In this document: in pieces, positions 1-8,777 of the stretch
Layout of the letters: every line of letters starts with the position of its first letter
Numbering within the stretch: position 1 is the first letter of the stretch
Source of the DNA: Euryarchaeota archaeon SM23-78
GTDB lineage: Archaea > Nanobdellota > Nanobdellia > Woesearchaeales > SM23-78
Assembly (NCBI GenBank): GCA_001595785.1
Contig: LSSJ01000035.1
Location: 4,558 to 68,557 of the forward strand
Reading direction: 5' to 3'
Length of the DNA: 64,000 bases
Made by a program: the position numbers and the translations under genes
Notes under the pieces: generated by a model
What the model was told of the DNA's origin: nothing
The model's database searches: none
The model's input: only the letters and a program-made list of their open reading frames with translations

Positions 1-60
1 TTGTTTGAGTGTATGTGCAGGTCTATGAATCCTTTCATTTTGTTCTTTTTATTCTTTTAA

Positions 61-792
61 TCAATTTTTTAATTCTGTTATTAACTTGTAAAAATCAGTT
101 ATCTTTGGTTTCTTAAGCTTGGTATCAAAATTTGTTGACCAGGAACCATACTCTGAATGATCGCCAAACATGCCCAGGGCTTTCATGCCATGATCTGATA
201 AAATGATTAATTTTCCTTTCTTGCTTATCTGCTCTGCTATCTCATCCAGCTCTTTGTAAATCATTTTCATTATTGTAGTATTGCCAAAGTTTAGGTGACC
301 AATCACGTCTGCAACACTGAAGTATCCCAGTACAAGCTCGTGTTTTTCTTTTTTTTCTTCAATTGCTTTAAGAAATTGCTCTTTTATCTTTCTATGATGC
401 TCAAACGCATCCTTGTTGTACTGTTTTCTTATCTTATCTTTTTCTTTTTTATCTTCTGTTTCAAAAAACTTCTTTAATAACTCTCTTGACTTATCATGCA
501 CTTTTTTATCATAACTATAACCAGGCAAATCAAGCACAACAGGATTCTTGAACTCTGAGAAAAAAGTTTCTTTTATATCCCATTTCTTATCCCACATCTC
601 CTTGTCACCATCCTTCAACACTTCTTTCTCCTTGTTCATTCCTGTCATAAAAGAACTCCAAAGCACCATGGTCCTTGGCTGCGAGAACTCAGAGATGTCA
701 GTCCTGCCGTAGTGCATTTGCTTAAGGTTTTCACAATTAAACTTTTCAACTTTCTCATATTCTAATGCATCGATTGCAAAGATTATTATCAT
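61..792 (-). CDS. alkaline-phosphatase-superfamily protein (type I phosphodiesterase/nucleotide pyrophosphatase-like)
   Basis: 243-aa ORF. It has an N-terminal IIFAIDALEY strand with a metal-ligand Asp and a C-terminal LIILSDHGM motif, both typical of AlkP-core enzymes. Confidence 0.5.
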   Translation of the reverse strand: MIIIFAIDALEYEKVEKFNCENLKQMHYGRTDISEFSQPRTMVLWSSFMTGMNKEKEVLKDGDKEMWDKKWDIKETFFSEFKNPVVLDLPGYSYDKKVHDKSRELLKKFFETEDKKEKDKIRKQYNKDAFEHHRKIKEQFLKAIEEKKEKHELVLGYFSVADVIGHLNFGNTTIMKMIYKELDEIAEQISKKGKLIILSDHGMKALGMFGDHSEYGSWSTNFDTKLKKPKITDFYKLITELKN

Positions 793-903
793 TTTCCTTT
801 CCCTCGTGAGCTTTGCGAGCGAGCAAATAAAAATTTTTAAAATTTAAATTAAAAATTCAAATCAAAATTAAATAATTCATTGGTCCTCAATCGCCGGACG
901 GGC

Positions 904-2142
904 TTATACATCTGTTATTATCCCACCTGCACATGTATCTTTTCTTTGGAATACAAATCTTCCTAATTCCTGCACATTGTTGAAGTTCTCAACTACTACA
1001 GGTTTTTCTGTTTTGATAATAATATCTGCTACTTCCCTGTTCTTAATCTCCTTTGCATCCTTGCTTATCAACTTTAAGGTTGAAGAGTCTATAGTCCTTT
1101 CAATCTTCTCAATACCACACATTACTTCTTGAGTTGCGCACTTAAAGAGTAATCTTTCTGGTTTCTTAAAAGGAACTTTATCCATCCAAAAAACATGAGC
1201 CTTAATAGTATCAGTAATAATAGGCAAATCCTTGGTATGCGTTATCACGTCTCCTCTGTCAACAAAAACCTTGTCCTTGGTAACTATGCCTGTGCTCTTG
1301 CCAGCCTCTGCTTTTTTTACATCTTTTTTTTCATACTCTTCTATGCTCTTAACAATTGTTTCTTCTCCTGAAGGCAGGATTTTTATTTTTTCACCAACCT
1401 TTATTGTTCCGCTCTCAATCCTCCCTACAATAATTCTTTTATCATACTTAAAAACATCCTGCACAGGGAATCTCAAGGCTTTTTTCTTGGCTGATTCCTT
1501 TACATGAAAGGTGTCAAGGGCTTCAAGCACACTTGGTCCTTTAAACCAGGAAAGATTATCTGTTTTCTTTGCAATAAAATCTCCTTGTTTTGCACTAATA
1601 GGAATCAGGTATGTTGGCTTTATGTGTATTGCGTTAAGAAACTTGAGCAGCTCTTTTTTAACCTCCTTGTATCTTTCCTTTTTATAATTAACAAGGTCCA
1701 TCTTGTTCATAACAACAATTACTTGGTCTAAGCCAAGCAAGCTTAAGATATAAGCATGCCTTCTAGTCTGCTCCTGTACCCCTTCTTCAACATCAACTAT
1801 TAACATAGCTGCTTCTGCCTGGCTCGCGCCTGTTATCATGTTCTTAATAAACTCTACATGACCAGGCGCATCAATAATAGTATACTGTCTTTTTTTGGTT
1901 CTAAAAAAGGTTTGTGCAGTGTCAATAGTAATGCCTTGGTCACGTTCCTCTTGTAAATGATCCATCACATAGGCAAACTCTACTTCTTTGCCAAGAGACT
2001 CACATATAGCTTTTATCTCCTCCATTCTTCCTTCTGGCAAAGAATCTGTGTCAAAGAACAATCTTCCTATAAGAGTTGATTTTCCATGGTCAACATGTCC
2101 TACAATAACGAATTTTAAGTTCTCCATTTTTAATGTTTCCAT
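904..2142 (-). CDS. cysN: sulfate adenylyltransferase subunit 1 (GTPase, EF-Tu-like)
   Basis: G-domain motifs [14 protein letters not shown] and NKMD are present, and the gene lies immediately downstream of cysD. There is no fused APS-kinase domain (412 aa). Confidence 0.85.
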   Translation of the reverse strand: METLKMENLKFVIVGHVDHGKSTLIGRLFFDTDSLPEGRMEEIKAICESLGKEVEFAYVMDHLQEERDQGITIDTAQTFFRTKKRQYTIIDAPGHVEFIKNMITGASQAEAAMLIVDVEEGVQEQTRRHAYILSLLGLDQVIVVMNKMDLVNYKKERYKEVKKELLKFLNAIHIKPTYLIPISAKQGDFIAKKTDNLSWFKGPSVLEALDTFHVKESAKKKALRFPVQDVFKYDKRIIVGRIESGTIKVGEKIKILPSGEETIVKSIEEYEKKDVKKAEAGKSTGIVTKDKVFVDRGDVITHTKDLPIITDTIKAHVFWMDKVPFKKPERLLFKCATQEVMCGIEKIERTIDSSTLKLISKDAKEIKNREVADIIIKTEKPVVVENFNNVQELGRFVFQRKDTCAGGIITDV

Positions 2143-2185
2143 TTTTATTCCTTACACGTATATGTCTAGGGACTTAAGTTTTGTA

Positions 2186-4309
2186 TCAAAACAAAATCAT
2201 GTATCCTAATGAACGAAGCTTTTGCATTGCATTAGCTTCTTCTTTATCCTGGGCTCTTCCACTTCTCTCAGCGATTTTGCTCTTCTTCACCTCTTTTATT
2301 ATCTTATCAACATTATCTGCCTTACTTTTTACAGGACTGGTACAAGGCATGCATCCAAGACTCCTATATCTTTTACCTTTTTTTGCAAAGTAAAGAGGAT
2401 TAACAGGCAGGTTCTCTCTTTTAATATAATCCCAGATATCTATTTCTGTCCAGTGAAGTAAGGGGTGAACCCTTAGGTGCTGCTCTCCTTCTTTCTGGGT
2501 TTTGAACTGGTCCCAGAGTTCAGGTGGCTGGTCCTTGTAGTCCCATTTAAAATCCCTGTCCCTAGGAGAAAAAACCCTTTCCTTGGCTCTTATGCCATGC
2601 TCATCTCTTCTTATACCTAGGAGTAAGGCTTCGAACTTGTGCTCTGCAATAGTTTTTTTTAGTGCATCTGTTTTTCTTACAGTGCAGCACTCAAGCTTGG
2701 CCTTTGGACCTATACCTTTTTGCTCTGCTTCCTCATAATTCTTTGAAACAATCAAGTTAAGCCCCCACTTCTTAACACACATATCTCTAAACTCATACAT
2801 CTCCTTAAAGTGCAGGCCTGTGTCAATGTATATAACTGGAAAAGGCACTTTGCCATAAAAGGCTTTTTTTGCCAGCCACAACAGAGTGGTTGAATTATGA
2901 CATATTATATCATTTGCAATGAAATTATGTGTGTTTTCTACTTCTAAGTCATATACTTTTCTCATCTTCTTTGGAAGAATCTTAATGTGTTTAACTTTTC
3001 TTGCACTAATTTGATAATTGCTTTTTCCAGCCCAGTTAATTTTAACTTTTCTTAATTTATTAGCTAAATCAGGTACGCCCTTCAGAAAATTTTTTATGCT
3101 TTGCTTTGAAGAGACTATGATTTGATACATTTTCTTACTTTTTGTTCTAAAACCAGAGCCTCTAGCATTAGATACAGAAAATCCATGACTTATTCCTAAT
3201 CTTAGAAGTAATGGCCTTATACTTTCAAGCAAGTTTTTATTAATACTTGAAAAACTAATAGCAAATTTATTATCCTTTCTCCAGCAAGAACCATCGCCTG
3301 CGAAGTACCCTCCTAAAAATAAAGCAAGTTGTTTGTTTGATAAGGTATAAATCCAGCTTGGTATTTTCTTATTTTTACTGAGTCCTTTGAAACCAAGCTT
3401 TTTCAGTTTTGTAACAAGTTTTTTAGAGCAAATCCATACGTCTCCATTCTCTTTTACTAGTACATTAAGATTTTCTTTTCGATTTAGTAGTTCTTCCATT
3501 CTTTTTTTGCTATCATATGCAGACCAGAATGAAACCCCGTGTTTTTTACTTATCTTTTTGGCTAAGTCTAATTTAAGGTTTTTTCTTTTGAAATTTGGGT
3601 GTTCTCTAAGTTCTTTTGCTATTTTTTCTACTATTGGTTTTTCTCGTGGAATTTTTTTCAAGAAACTTAGAATGCCTTTATTCTTTCCCGTAGAAATTAT
3701 GATTTTTCTATCTAATGCATAGCATCCATCTGCTAACCATAGCCCTCCAAGAACTAAAATCCAGTCAGCTACTCCTATGTCATCCACCTTTTTTAAATTC
3801 TTGACATCAAAATTTAAGGTGTTTGCACAGAATATTGAATCTTTTCTAGTTAACCCATAAACTTCAACAGGTTTGAGTGTTAAACCATTCTTATCAGTAT
3901 AGCTTCCTATCAGACTATGATCTCTTGTAACTTTAATGTGTTTATTTGTTTGAAGCTTTATTTCATAAACATCTTTACTAGTGAAGTGTGATATAAGAGT
4001 TGTAACTTTATTGAATTGTATTTTGGCTTTTCTTTGATTTTTTCCATTTACACTAAGAACCTCTACCTTTTCTTTTGGGGTTATGAATTCCTTGTTCCCT
4101 TTTTTAAACACTTCTTTTGGCGTAACTTCTTTATATAGATCTTCAATACAACCCCATTTTAATTTACTGTTTATTTTGTAATAAATCTTACTATCTCCAA
4201 GCACACTATCCTTACCAATACTCCAAAGCATGCCTATCTTTCTGAACTTCTTATAAGCCTCTCTAATAATGTATATGCTCTGGCTCTCTAATTGGTCAAG
4301 ATGATCCAT
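2186..4309 (-). CDS. cysD: sulfate adenylyltransferase subunit 2 precursor, interrupted by an intein
   Basis: The N-extein MDHLDQLESQSIYIIREAYKKF..WSIGKD and the C-extein STTLLWLAKKAFYGKVPFPVIYIDTGLHFKEMYEFRD..RSLGY are colinear with CysD as I recall the E. coli sequence. Rejoined, they restore the PP-loop SIGKDS. Confidence 0.9.
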   Translation of the reverse strand: MDHLDQLESQSIYIIREAYKKFRKIGMLWSIGKDSVLGDSKIYYKINSKLKWGCIEDLYKEVTPKEVFKKGNKEFITPKEKVEVLSVNGKNQRKAKIQFNKVTTLISHFTSKDVYEIKLQTNKHIKVTRDHSLIGSYTDKNGLTLKPVEVYGLTRKDSIFCANTLNFDVKNLKKVDDIGVADWILVLGGLWLADGCYALDRKIIISTGKNKGILSFLKKIPREKPIVEKIAKELREHPNFKRKNLKLDLAKKISKKHGVSFWSAYDSKKRMEELLNRKENLNVLVKENGDVWICSKKLVTKLKKLGFKGLSKNKKIPSWIYTLSNKQLALFLGGYFAGDGSCWRKDNKFAISFSSINKNLLESIRPLLLRLGISHGFSVSNARGSGFRTKSKKMYQIIVSSKQSIKNFLKGVPDLANKLRKVKINWAGKSNYQISARKVKHIKILPKKMRKVYDLEVENTHNFIANDIICHNSTTLLWLAKKAFYGKVPFPVIYIDTGLHFKEMYEFRDMCVKKWGLNLIVSKNYEEAEQKGIGPKAKLECCTVRKTDALKKTIAEHKFEALLLGIRRDEHGIRAKERVFSPRDRDFKWDYKDQPPELWDQFKTQKEGEQHLRVHPLLHWTEIDIWDYIKRENLPVNPLYFAKKGKRYRSLGCMPCTSPVKSKADNVDKIIKEVKKSKIAERSGRAQDKEEANAMQKLRSLGYMILF
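2894..4207 (-). mobile_element. intein (438 aa) with LAGLIDADG homing-endonuclease domain, inserted in the CysD PP-loop
   Basis: Starts SVLGDSKIYY (block A) and has VTRDHSL (block B TxxH). There are two LAGLIDADG motifs, LGGLWLADGCY and LGGYFAGDGSC. It ends VENTHNFIANDIICHN followed by +1 Ser. I verified by reverse-complementing 2881-2920 that HN|S falls at 2894/2893. Confidence 0.85.
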
Positions 4310-4324
4310 TTTTCACCTAAATAA

Positions 4325-4546
4325 TTAATCAAGGTATCCTAGGCTTCTAAGCCTTTGCTTTACTTTTTCCTCATCCTTTTTTGAGTATGCAGGTTTCTGT
4401 TTTTTCTTTTCTTTCTTTTCTTTTTCTAGTTTGTCAACAACTTGTTTTAGAATATAATTAATATATTCATCAACATTCTTAAAAGAACCTGACTCTTTGG
4501 CTCTTTTTTCAAGCTTTTTCAAGATTTCTTTTTTTATAGTTACCAT
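4325..4546 (-). CDS. ribbon-helix-helix (CopG/Arc-like) small protein with CysD-like C-terminal tail
   Basis: 73 aa. The N-terminal beta-strand/helix pattern is VTIKKEILKKLEKRAKESG..VDEYINYILKQVV. A K/E-rich linker follows, and the C-terminus is KVKQRLRSLGYLD. Confidence 0.6.
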   Translation of the reverse strand: MVTIKKEILKKLEKRAKESGSFKNVDEYINYILKQVVDKLEKEKKEKKKQKPAYSKKDEEKVKQRLRSLGYLD

Positions 4547-4577
4547 TTTTTACACCTCACACACCATTCTTATTTAT

Positions 4578-4904
4578 TCATAAATAACCCAGCTTTCTAA
4601 GCCTTGCCTTAATCTTTTTCTCATCCTTTGAGCTAAAAGGCTTTTCTTGCTCTGAAAGTATTAATCTTAAAACAAAGGTTATGTATTCAGATGCTGAAGA
4701 TAAGTCTGTGTGCTTAATCTGTTCTTTAATCTTATTTGCAATCCCTGCCGGGATTGAGATAATGGTTTTTTCTTTATCCAGCTCTTTAAACACAGTTATC
4801 ATATCACTCAGTAATTCCTGGTATGACAAGTCTCTTTTTGAGGCTAGCACTCTTAGTTCTTTTCTCAGCTTCTCTGATACCTGGATGGTTGTTCTGTCCT
4901 CCAT
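4578..4904 (-). CDS. tandem ribbon-helix-helix protein with CysD-like C-terminal tail
   Basis: The likely start is Met19 of the listed ORF (MEDRTTIQVSEKLRKELRVLA..). A second RHH-like unit is ISIPAGIANKIKEQIK. The C-terminus is KKIKARLRKLGYL. Confidence 0.55.
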   Translation of the reverse strand: MEDRTTIQVSEKLRKELRVLASKRDLSYQELLSDMITVFKELDKEKTIISIPAGIANKIKEQIKHTDLSSASEYITFVLRLILSEQEKPFSSKDEKKIKARLRKLGYL

Positions 4905-4974
4905 TTTCCTTATACATAGAATTATGTATGGGTTTATAAAGTTTGTGAAAACAAACAAAATTATAGGAATAAAC

Positions 4975-5370
4975 TTATATTAATTTCTCTTTAAGAATTC
5001 TTTTAAGCTTCTTAATAATTTCCTTGTATTTGGCTTTGTTACTCTTAATAAAACCTGGCTCTGTGAACACCCCATAATAAACCAGCCTGTTCCTTTTCTT
5101 TCTCAGAACATCCAGCCTGTGTATATCCTCCTCTTTGAAATCCTTGAATTGCAGTATATAATCAATTAAGTCTTTGTGGCTAAGGGTTTTGTATCCATTG
5201 CAGAAAAGAATCGCTGTTATTAATTCCTTGCATATTTCATAATAAGTCTCTGTTATTAAAGGACTGTCAGTCTCTGTTTTGAACTTGGGCAGTTTGCTCT
5301 CTCTTAGCTCTGCAAGTTTCAATAGGCTCCTGGCTTTTTCCTTGTCTGGCTCTATTCTAATTAATTCCAT
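4975..5370 (-). CDS. HEPN-domain protein (partner of the upstream nucleotidyltransferase)
   Basis: 131 aa and all-helical, with a LRKKRNRLVYYG segment at the HEPN R-x4-6-H/Y position. It overlaps the MNT gene by 10 nt. Confidence 0.55.
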   Translation of the reverse strand: MELIRIEPDKEKARSLLKLAELRESKLPKFKTETDSPLITETYYEICKELITAILFCNGYKTLSHKDLIDYILQFKDFKEEDIHRLDVLRKKRNRLVYYGVFTEPGFIKSNKAKYKEIIKKLKRILKEKLI

Positions 5371-5888
5371 ATTTTTATGTAGCCATCAATTTTTATGCCA
5401 TTAATAATATTATTCCTTAACTCTTTAGGCGCTTTGTTCAGGCTAGTATACATAAAGCACTGCACTTTTCTTTTTAAGCTTTGCTCGTACTTGTCCAGTG
5501 CTAGTGCTTTGCTCTTGGCCTGAATAAACAAATCAAGGTCACTGTTTGCAAGGTCCTCTCCTTTAGCTGCAGAGCCGAAAAGAATAATAGTGCCTGGAGA
5601 TAGTTTATCATTCAAATACTCTATTAATCCTGACTCCTGGATTTTTATTAGAGTGTTAATCTTCTTATAGAACCTGAACTTCTCATTGTCAAAGTTGGCA
5701 ATGAAATACTTGAACACATCGTCTTTTTTCTCCTTGACAAGACCCTCCTTAATCAATCTGTTAATATGCAGCCTTACAGATGTGGGTGCAAGTTTTATGC
5801 TTCTGCCAATCCCTCTCATATGGAACTTCTTCTGAGGATTATCCAGGAACTCCTTCAAAACAAGCCATAAGCTACAATTATGTATCAT
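5361..5888 (-). CDS. winged-HTH + minimal nucleotidyltransferase (MNT) protein
   Basis: The N-terminal wHTH is IGRSIKLAPTSVRLHINRLIKEGLV. The pol-beta NTase signature is ILFGSAAKGEDLANSDLDLF. Confidence 0.7.
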   Translation of the reverse strand: MIHNCSLWLVLKEFLDNPQKKFHMRGIGRSIKLAPTSVRLHINRLIKEGLVKEKKDDVFKYFIANFDNEKFRFYKKINTLIKIQESGLIEYLNDKLSPGTIILFGSAAKGEDLANSDLDLFIQAKSKALALDKYEQSLKRKVQCFMYTSLNKAPKELRNNIINGIKIDGYIKIWN

Positions 5889-6205
5889 AAGAAATAATAA
5901 TGTATCAATTGATATATAAATGTTTCGGTTACTTGCATAAAAAATATAAGCAAGCCCAACTTCCCCTTTATCCGAGGGGGTGAGTTTGAGATTTTTTATT
6001 AGGTTTCTTGCTATTATTATGATTTTGCTAGTTCTTAGTTTGCCTTTTGTCTTTGCTGAACAATTATCCCTTGTTTATGATGCTAACACTAAATTGATTA
6101 ACGCTGTTTTCTAATACTCAATTTCACAACATATTTAAAACCTCCAGGTTTAATGAGAGGAGATAAGATTAAATAATTATACTGTGTGTAGGGAGGTTTA
6201 TTAAA

Positions 6206-6394
6206 ATGAGCAGAAGAGCAATTTTTGTGGGAAGATGGTCGCCTTTTCATAAAGGCCACCTAGCAATTATGCAGAAAAAGATAGATGAAGGAAAACCCCT
6301 CCTAATATTTATGAGAAACACACTTTATGATATTTATCCGCCTGAGCTTAGGAAGAGAATGGTAGAGGCTGCCATGGCAAGGCTCAAGGTTTAA
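6206..6394 (+). pseudogene. truncated cytidylyl/adenylyltransferase-like fragment (HxGH motif only)
   Basis: 62 aa beginning AIFVGRWSPFHKGHLAIM, which is the (T/H)xGH nucleotidyltransferase motif. The ORF stops after about one third of the usual domain length. Confidence 0.4.
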
Positions 6395-6410
6395 GTAAGA
6401 TGTAGGTACG

Positions 6411-7760
6411 ATGATAATGGGAAAGAAAGGAAAAAATCAAAACAAAATAAATTTATTATTAATTGAATTTAACAACTACCAAGACGCTCGGACTTTATTA
6501 AATTACTCTAAAAGAACAAGATTTAATTTACTTAGATTCGAAGATATTTATGAAGTCAAATACGATACCAAGATCAAATTTGATAGGTATTGGAAACACC
6601 TGAAGAGACTTAGTATAAAAAACATACCTCTTTATTTTAAACACTTATACAATATGCTTTTTAGGGAGTACAAATTTAATTATGATAATATAAGAAAGCT
6701 TAACATTCAGGGTTTAACTTTTGAAAAATTTAAGGAAATTGTAAAAAAAAATAAAATCAGAGCAATTATTATTCCAGAAGGATTAATTTGGCTTAATAAT
6801 ATAATAAATTTTTCCAAGAGATTGGATATAAATGTTATCGGAGTTTGTAAAGAACACTTGTTCTCAAATGTAGATGGCCGAGTTGAAACATATATTAAAA
6901 ATATACCCCCCAGAAGTGACTTAATATGCATTGGTGGAGAAAATGGGGCAAAATGGTGGAGGATGGCAAATGGCATCAAGAGAAATCAGGTTGTAGTTAC
7001 TGGTTCTCCAAGATTTGATGCTTATTTTGATAAGAAGTTATTAAAGAGAGAAGAATTTTGCAAGAAATTGAATTTAGATCCTAATAAAAAGATAATTTTT
7101 TTCCCTTCGTTTGATAATACCTGGTCTGTTAGAGAGTACAAGTGGGATTTAAATAGTTTAAATAATAATTATAGCAAGCATGATTTAGACTTTTGTTTTC
7201 CCTCTGTCGTATCGCATACATTAGATGTTAGTGGTCTAAAGAGTGAAATCCTAGATGTTTTGTATAAAGTCGCGCAAAATAATAAAGATATTCAAATTCT
7301 TATTAAACTACATCCAGATCAGCAACCCAATTTAATTGATTGTGTAAAATACGAACTATTAGCTCTTAAGCGCAATCCCTCCAATTTTGTAGGGGTGAAA
7401 GGAGTTCAAAAAGATATTGATCCAAGAGATGTTATAACAAACGTTGATATGATTGTAGGACATAATAGCACAATGCTAATGGAAGGCATCCTGCTTAATA
7501 AGCCTTTGCTTGTTGTTAAATGGGGTATCGCAAGTAAGAAAGGTTGGGTCCCCTATTATGAATTTGGTGCTTGTGATGCCGCTAAGAACAAAAAAGAATT
7601 CTATGACAAAATAATAAGTATAGTCAAGAATGGAGAGGATATTAGTAAATATAAAGAGGGTAGGAGAAGAATTATTTATAATTTTTTATATAAGCAAGAT
7701 GGAAAAGCTTGTGAAAGGATATTTAAGGCTATAGAAAAATTATTGAGGGAACAAAAATGA
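6411..7760 (+). CDS. GT-B-fold capsule/teichoic-type (TagF-like) glycosyl- or glycerophospho-transferase
   Basis: The C-terminal half has KLHPDQ..VDMIVGHNSTMLMEGILLNKPLLVV and ends DGKACERIFKAIEKLL. It is a paralog of ORF 30180..32114. Confidence 0.45.
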   Translation: MIMGKKGKNQNKINLLLIEFNNYQDARTLLNYSKRTRFNLLRFEDIYEVKYDTKIKFDRYWKHLKRLSIKNIPLYFKHLYNMLFREYKFNYDNIRKLNIQGLTFEKFKEIVKKNKIRAIIIPEGLIWLNNIINFSKRLDINVIGVCKEHLFSNVDGRVETYIKNIPPRSDLICIGGENGAKWWRMANGIKRNQVVVTGSPRFDAYFDKKLLKREEFCKKLNLDPNKKIIFFPSFDNTWSVREYKWDLNSLNNNYSKHDLDFCFPSVVSHTLDVSGLKSEILDVLYKVAQNNKDIQILIKLHPDQQPNLIDCVKYELLALKRNPSNFVGVKGVQKDIDPRDVITNVDMIVGHNSTMLMEGILLNKPLLVVKWGIASKKGWVPYYEFGACDAAKNKKEFYDKIISIVKNGEDISKYKEGRRRIIYNFLYKQDGKACERIFKAIEKLLREQK

Positions 7761-8776
7761 GTTATGAATCTATCTTTAAAAATAAAACAGTATTAATTAC
7801 AGGAGGAACAGGTTTTTTAGGTACTCATTTAATAAGAGAGATACTTAAGTTTAATCCTCACAGCATCAGGGTTTTCAGTAGAGACGAAGTTAAGCATCAC
7901 AAAGTACAGGAACTTTTTAATTATGATGAAAGATTAAGAAATCTGATTGGAGATGTTAGAAGTTATGATAGATTAAAAAAAGCCATGAGAGGGGTTGATA
8001 TTGTAATTCATGGAGCTGCTCTTAAGAGAGTTGATATTCTGGAGTATAATGTAGAAGAAGCGATAAAAACTAATATTTTAGGAACCATGAATGTTGTTAA
8101 TGCTTGTCTAGAAAATAATGTTAAAATTTCTGTTTTTATATCAAGTGATAAGGGTTGTTCTCCTGTAAATACATATGGTGCTTGTAAGTTTATAGGCGAG
8201 AGAATTTTTACTGAAAGTAACTACAGCAAAGGCTCTGCACCAACAATATTTACTTGTGTAAGGTATGGTAATGTTCTTGAGAGTACAGGTTCGGTTATAC
8301 CTTTTTTTGAGTCAAAAATAAAAGCAGGGGAAAAGATACCTTTAACAAATCCAAGAATGACAAGATTTATTATTTCGCCTAAAGAATCAGTGGAACTCAT
8401 CTTTAATGCTATTTCTTATAGTGTAGGTGGTGAAGTCTTTGTTCCCAAATTACCTTCTTTCAAAATCATAGACCTTATTGAAGTATTAAAGGAAAAACAC
8501 AAAGCAAATAATGAAATCAAAGTTATTGGGACAAGACCTGGAGAGAAAATACACGAATTGATGATTAATGAATCAGAAATTCCAAGAACATTTGAATTCA
8601 AGAACTTATTTGTTGTTACTTCACCAATTGAAAAATATCAAAATGTAAAGAAAGGAGAGTATTGCAAGAAAGGTAAGCCAGTGAATACAAGAAAGATGAA
8701 GAATTATTCTTCCAAGGATGTTTTGATTAGTAAAGATGGAGTTTACAAGATATTTAGAAGTCTTAAACTGGTGTAA
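7757..8776 (+). CDS. pseB: UDP-N-acetylglucosamine 4,6-dehydratase (PseB/FlaA1/CapD family)
   Basis: KTVLITGGTGFLG Rossmann motif, then IGDVR..VDIVIHGAALKRVDILEYNVEEAIKTNILGTMNV..YGACKFIGERIF (YxxxK). It closely resembles PseB as I recall it. Confidence 0.75.
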   Translation: MSYESIFKNKTVLITGGTGFLGTHLIREILKFNPHSIRVFSRDEVKHHKVQELFNYDERLRNLIGDVRSYDRLKKAMRGVDIVIHGAALKRVDILEYNVEEAIKTNILGTMNVVNACLENNVKISVFISSDKGCSPVNTYGACKFIGERIFTESNYSKGSAPTIFTCVRYGNVLESTGSVIPFFESKIKAGEKIPLTNPRMTRFIISPKESVELIFNAISYSVGGEVFVPKLPSFKIIDLIEVLKEKHKANNEIKVIGTRPGEKIHELMINESEIPRTFEFKNLFVVTSPIEKYQNVKKGEYCKKGKPVNTRKMKNYSSKDVLISKDGVYKIFRSLKLV

Positions 8777-8777
8777 A

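Noticed and set aside
4325-4370. The C-terminal GY(L/M) tails as HbYX proteasome-docking motifs.
   Set aside because: HbYX requires a hydrophobic-Tyr-X at the very C-terminus. Here Tyr is preceded by Gly, and in two of the three proteins it is followed by two or more residues.
6019-6114. A 31-aa ORF, MILLVLSLPFVFAEQLSLVYDANTKLINAVF, that looks like a signal peptide plus a YD-repeat-like start.
   Set aside because: It is too short, has no SD or promoter that I can support, and is probably a remnant. It is mentioned only as context for decay at the island border.
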